DNA from: an uncultured archaeon
GTDB lineage: Archaea > Asgardarchaeota > Jordiarchaeia > Jordiarchaeales > Jordiarchaeaceae
Length of the DNA stretch: 32,000 nucleotides
NCBI GenBank assembly: GCA_964510585.1
Contig: CAZECW010000121.1
Span: 32,955-64,954 of the forward strand
Reading direction: 5' to 3'
Shown here: in pieces, positions 27,842 through 32,000 of the stretch
Numbering within the stretch: position 1 is the stretch's first letter
How the letters are laid out: each line of letters begins with the position of its first letter
Made by a program: the position numbers and the translations under genes
The notes under the pieces: model-generated
The model's database searches: none
What the model saw: only the letters and a program-made list of their open reading frames with translations
What the model was told of the DNA's origin: nothing

Positions 27842-27980
27842 TGCTGTGTTGTATAATTTTACTTTTTCTAATAAATTTATTTAATTTTCTTAAATTTTTT
27901 CAAATTAACAATGTGAAATTGCAAAAAATTCAAAATAATATATAAATAAATTAAAAAAATAAGAATTATGCAACACAGCA
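27842..27980. mobile_element. MITE copy B (139 bp)
   Basis: Terminal repeats TGCTGTGTTGTATAATT and AATTATGCAACACAGCA. Perfect 8-bp target duplication CAACTCGA at 27834-27841 and 27981-27988. Confidence 0.92.
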
Positions 27981-27999
27981 CAACTCGACCACTTATTTT

Positions 28000-28607
28000 T
28001 TAACTCGTTTTGAAGGCACTTAATATTTTTCTGAATAGAGCCATATTTAAGCTGATAATTGGGCCGTATCCAGTTAAAAATGACACCAATAAGACGAAGT
28101 AAATGGGATACAGACTTATGTTCCCAAAAAAGGATACGTGAAAAGTGAAATAGGAGGCTAGTACTATGACCAGATACAGCGTTATAACAATCACTGCAAT
28201 GAGATATACTAGCAGTCTATGTTTTTTAGGTGCTTCGGCAATCGAATATTTAATGTTCCTCCAGTCCTCCGAAAATTGTTTGTACCCTCTTACCCTGCCC
28301 AGTGAAACGAAAAAGGATAGAATCCAAGACAAAACAATGGAGGGGTAATAAAGAGTAGGAAAAGAAACATAAGTATCAGAAAGAACTGTGTACCAATCGG
28401 ATAAACTATCACATCTCTTACTACCAATCCATAGGGGGAATAGCTCACCACATCATACGGGGCATCAGAATACATAATTAAAGGTATAGAATACGAGGAA
28501 AAAGCCATCGCATATACAAGTAGGGGTACAGCCGCGATTATAATGAAAGTGAGGTCTAACCCCAACAATATGTTAACCACATATTGGGTATTGCTATTAC
28601 CAAACAA
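28000..28607 (-). pseudogene. Frameshifted 4-TM membrane protein, paralog of 28832-29431
   Basis: Two overlapping hydrophobic ORFs join near 28330. They share YGxxV...VYP and FVxLxxVxGYxxFS motifs with the neighbouring gene. Confidence 0.6.
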
Positions 28608-28831
28608 AGTTAAAACCTTCTCTTCCTTTGATTTTTAAAACCTACATAGGCTACGCTTCTTAGAAGAAAGAAGCCCAAAAAACAATAAACACCTTGCTTC
28701 CTGCCTAATACGTATCATTCGGGTAGATCAGGGTGGAGTAATGGGACCCACACCCATCTGTTGGTACCGCTGTTGGCGTTAAACCATAAACAGGCCGAGA
28801 ACAGAAGGGGAGTTTTTTATGATAAGTTGCA

Positions 28832-29431
28832 CTATTCTCCACCCTGTGGCACTAGTCTTGTTTTAAAGTGTTTATGGCTAAAGTACCAGCAAAGAAACGC
28901 GAAGACCGCAAGTAACATTACAGAGGGTGCTATCATGGAAGTTGGACAAACCTCTACAAAGCCCAAATATGCCACTATAAACGCTATTGTTATAGCTATT
29001 ATACCCATTTTGCTAGTGAGGAGCATGGTTTTGTCTTTTTTTGACCCATACTTAAGGGAGTTCATTGCTTTCTTGACATCGCTAAAGTGTTCGTACCCCT
29101 CAACATCCTTCAATATATCTACGAATTCTCTATAATAGCTAACTACTCCAAACAATACTAGGGAGATAACAGTTACAATTAACATGGCAAGTTTAAGTGG
29201 AGAAAATAAGGGATACACCCGGATAAAATTAACTTCTATTCCATGGTACGAGTATCCTAAAGTCAGAAACGGATTGATACTAACCGGAAAAAATACAAGG
29301 GAACTTACCTCTAGATAAAAGGTAAACAAAATGGTTACCACAAAAGGTATAAGAGTTACCATATCCGCTGCGTGTAAACAACCCCTAACTTTTTTCGTAT
29401 TTTTTCCATTCCACACATTTAATCTATTCAT
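28832..29431 (-). CDS. 4-TM membrane protein
   Basis: Layout TM-loop-TM-charged helix-TM-TM in a 199-aa ORF. Confidence 0.7.
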   Translation of the reverse strand: MNRLNVWNGKNTKKVRGCLHAADMVTLIPFVVTILFTFYLEVSSLVFFPVSINPFLTLGYSYHGIEVNFIRVYPLFSPLKLAMLIVTVISLVLFGVVSYYREFVDILKDVEGYEHFSDVKKAMNSLKYGSKKDKTMLLTSKMGIIAITIAFIVAYLGFVEVCPTSMIAPSVMLLAVFAFLCWYFSHKHFKTRLVPQGGE

Positions 29432-29506
29432 CTACTTCATCTCCAAAAAGTTTTAATGGGGAAGCCAAACCTCGGAACCCGAAGTCTGATTTTCCTCCCG
29501 AACAGA

Positions 29507-30842
29507 TTATTCTGGGACTTCCAAGGGCCCTATCCAAACCCATCTGTTAGTACCAGCTAAATCTATCCACATAACGCTTTCCATCCAGAATTGACCTGCA
29601 CTAGCTGCGTCTAGAGGAATAACAAGCCTTGGAAGAGGTGATACCTGAATAGTATATCCGTTGTAGTATGCGAAATGGTAGGTAGTAAATGACTGTAGAT
29701 CCCACCTTTGTGGTGTAACAACATAATGGAATCTTTGCATAATTTCGACTCCGAAATCCGGGTCATTTTCATTGTTGACAGCGTACACATCTAAAAGTGA
29801 CCACCATATATTCCAATATACATCTTCGACCGTACGGCCTGCACTCCATTCCGTGAGTTCCATAGCGAATATTAGTGCAGCCGCAACTGCTCCTGGTATA
29901 CCCGCATTTCGTGAGAGTAGCATACTGCCAACTACTGCTAGACCATCTACTAATTTTCCCCAAGTCTGCCCCTCCTTATATAGGTCACCCCATAAGCTAT
30001 ATGTATATATATGCCTCGCTTGGGTCTCCTGCATTGTTTGGGAATCGACAGTAGTATAAGCAGTCATAGCCGTAAAGTACTGGAACATAGACTCAGTATC
30101 CAAGTGGCCACGACCAAACCCAGAACCAGCCCCAATATATTAGGGGATTAACGATAAGATAAACGTACGGGTCAATTATTTCCGTACCGTTGGGGTTGTA
30201 GATTGATACTTTGATCACGGTCTGGGTGGTTCCGTTTATTTCCAGCTCATACACTCTGTTTATGGCTGTGCAGTTCTCGCCGTTGATTGTGGTGGTTGTG
30301 TTCCACTCACGTATTAACTTTCCCTGTTTTATTACTAGGTCTATGTTTTTGAATGATTCGTGTGCTTGTCGGGTTATGTTCTCTATTTTCTGCTCTATCT
30401 CCCGGCTTTGCAGTTTGTCGTAGAGTTTGAATTGTTCCCGGTACTCGGGGTTCTGGTCTAGGAAGCTGAAGAGCAAAGATTTGAGTTTTTCGTTATCCGG
30501 TGCGGCTTTGCTCATTAAAACTCTAGAATTCTGAATCTGCCACTTTTTGAATCCTTGGTTGATGCTGTTCTGAAGAGTGTTCTTATATTCGTCGATCTCT
30601 TGGAGGGTGAGTGAGCCTTTCTCTATCCTCGCAATTGCCTCCAAGTCCAAAGGATTAATTACAGCCGAGCTCTTGTTTTGAATAAGCATGAACAATCCGA
30701 TCGCGAGGTGGTTTTGTTCCGGAATCTTGTACGCTTGTACCGTTACCACTCCGGTCCCCATTCCTAGCATGATTGCCACGAAGAACACTACAAAGAAGAT
30801 TTTAACTCCAGTGCACCAGCGGGTTAGCTACCAGCATCCCAT
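29507..30842 (-). pseudogene. Secreted protein gene (~440 codons) broken by stops and a frameshift; appears as the ORFs 30093-30788 and 29507-30103
   Basis: Signal-peptide-like TRWCTGVKIFFVVFFVAIMLGMGTGVVTVQA. In-frame TAG at 30828-30830 and TGA at 30093-30095. The frame continues VYVPVLYGYD...EAYIY and shifts to YSLWGDLY at an (AT)n run near 30005. Confidence 0.55.
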
Positions 30843-30958
30843 ACGGATCTTTAACCATTACTTCATCCGGACTATAGATTGACACTTAAGTAGATGCAAG
30901 TCGCGTCTTCTAATAAAATATGTCTTCCTAAAAAAGGTAGGAGAGCTAGAAGAGACTC

Positions 30959-31639
30959 TTAAGCAGGAGACTTGAAGCTATCGGGAGACAGAGACTTCAG
31001 CCTATTCCAGAAGGATGAGTCGTAGCGCCAGCTAATTAACGCTATAAGCAGAACAATGAAAAGTATGCCGTAAATAGAGTTTATATGCCCGATTTGAGTA
31101 TAATGCATTATGGTTAGGATCATTAGAATTTCGAGGTTGAAAAGCAGAGGCGAAGAGTAGAGGAAGTAGTTGATGACGCAGTGGAGGAAGAAAACCATGA
31201 GGCGGGGACCGTACGGAAGGGCAAGCAAGTAAATGCCGATTGATGCCCCCAGCAGAGGAGGGGCTAGTAGGGCAGATAGCATTAACCTGTTTTTCTTGTA
31301 ACATTTCCGAGTAAAAGCTTTAAAGGCTCCCCACGCCTCGCCAAAGCTCTCAAAATTCTTAGACAGAATGTTAAAAATTCGTGTGAACATAGCGAGTGTA
31401 AACACAAGAATGGAAAGGCTGAGGGGAACAGGCCGAGCCATCATAGAGTACTGGTAGCGAAGATATAAATCATAAGCCGCCACCAAATACTGCTCCCGAG
31501 GCAACCAATAGTAAAGCAACAGTGAGTCCGGCACAGTTACCATCAAATAAAAGTGGTAAATGAGGATCAATACCAAACCTAAAATGAATAAAGAAAGTAG
31601 GAGGCGAGCTACGCTTTTCGTTCTCACGTTCATTAACAC
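30959..31639 (-). CDS. Multi-pass membrane protein (~6 TM)
   Basis: 226-aa hydrophobic ORF after GAGGTG. Its cytoplasmic helix IFNILSKNFESFGEAW...KKNR resembles those of the other array members. Confidence 0.7.
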   Translation of the reverse strand: MLMNVRTKSVARLLLSLFILGLVLILIYHFYLMVTVPDSLLLYYWLPREQYLVAAYDLYLRYQYSMMARPVPLSLSILVFTLAMFTRIFNILSKNFESFGEAWGAFKAFTRKCYKKNRLMLSALLAPPLLGASIGIYLLALPYGPRLMVFFLHCVINYFLYSSPLLFNLEILMILTIMHYTQIGHINSIYGILFIVLLIALISWRYDSSFWNRLKSLSPDSFKSPA

Positions 31640-31759
31640 CTCTCAATTTTTTCTTGTCTTCACAAAGATAAAGATTATTCTGGTGGCCACGGGCACAATG
31701 TAATAATTATGTTTTTGGGAGTTAAGTTAACTAACCCTTTTCGTCTAAATGAGGGTATG

Positions 31760-32000
31760 TCAGTCGAAGAAGTTTTTGAAGGCACAAACCTTGAAAACCT
31801 CCGCCACCTCCCCCGATTCAAAGAGATTAAGGAAACAGTCTGGAGGGGACTCACACTCCAAGAATTCAAGCCCCCCTCAGCCAGCCTCCCAAGCCGCATA
31901 ATGTTTATGGCCCACATGATTCTGGAACCAGTCAAATCCCTGTGGACCCTCTGCCTCTTCTACCTATTCTTGGTAGAACCCGATAACTGTCCGGTCTGCG
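31760..32000 (-). pseudogene. 3' end of a possibly decayed gene running off the window
   Basis: The frame reads ADRTVIGFYQE*VEEAEGPQGFDWFQNHVGHKHYAAWEAG*GGLEFLECESPPDCF...FD*, protein-like across two stops. Confidence 0.3.

Noticed and set aside
1-32000. CRISPR array or cas genes
   Set aside because: No regularly spaced short repeats with unique spacers were found; all repeats are two-copy duplications or IS ends.
29507-32000. Pyrrolysine or selenocysteine recoding of the in-frame TAG/TGA codons
   Set aside because: Both stop types occur together with frameshifts in neighbouring genes, and the W-rich contexts fit TGG to TGA/TAG mutation. No SECIS or pyl genes are visible.

Overview
Archaeal accessory or defence-type region. 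The archaeal assignment rests on GGTG/GAGGT ribosome-binding sites, TATA-driven leaderless starts and the gene families present; the lineage cannot be fixed from sequence alone. From left to right the window holds two tandem UroD/MtaA-superfamily genes, an intact IS630 with a -1 frameshift, and seven toxin-antitoxin-like pairs (3 MNT/HEPN, 3 VapBC, 1 wHTH plus nucleotidyltransferase). It also holds a DUF3786-like gene, two large alpha-solenoid proteins, an ADP-ribosylglycohydrolase, an MgtA P-type ATPase with an in-frame TM4 duplication, several decayed transposases, and a decaying minus-strand array of secreted and multi-pass membrane protein genes. The most notable signals absent from the ORF track are: (1) a ~277-bp coding-less IS200/IS605 derivative that keeps both end hairpins and a likely TnpB omega-RNA scaffold; (2) a ~138-bp MITE in two copies, each with an 8-bp target duplication, whose terminal repeat also borders an IS1595 remnant; (3) two VapBC pairs, each between an intact gene and a diverged copy of that gene's 3' part, resembling integration scars; (4) a repeated 'secreted protein + paralogous membrane protein' cassette that may be an archaeocin/immunity system; (5) a G/T-rich to A/C-rich gradient along many genes. 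No CRISPR array, rRNA or tRNA is supported. All family calls are by motif recognition, not database search.
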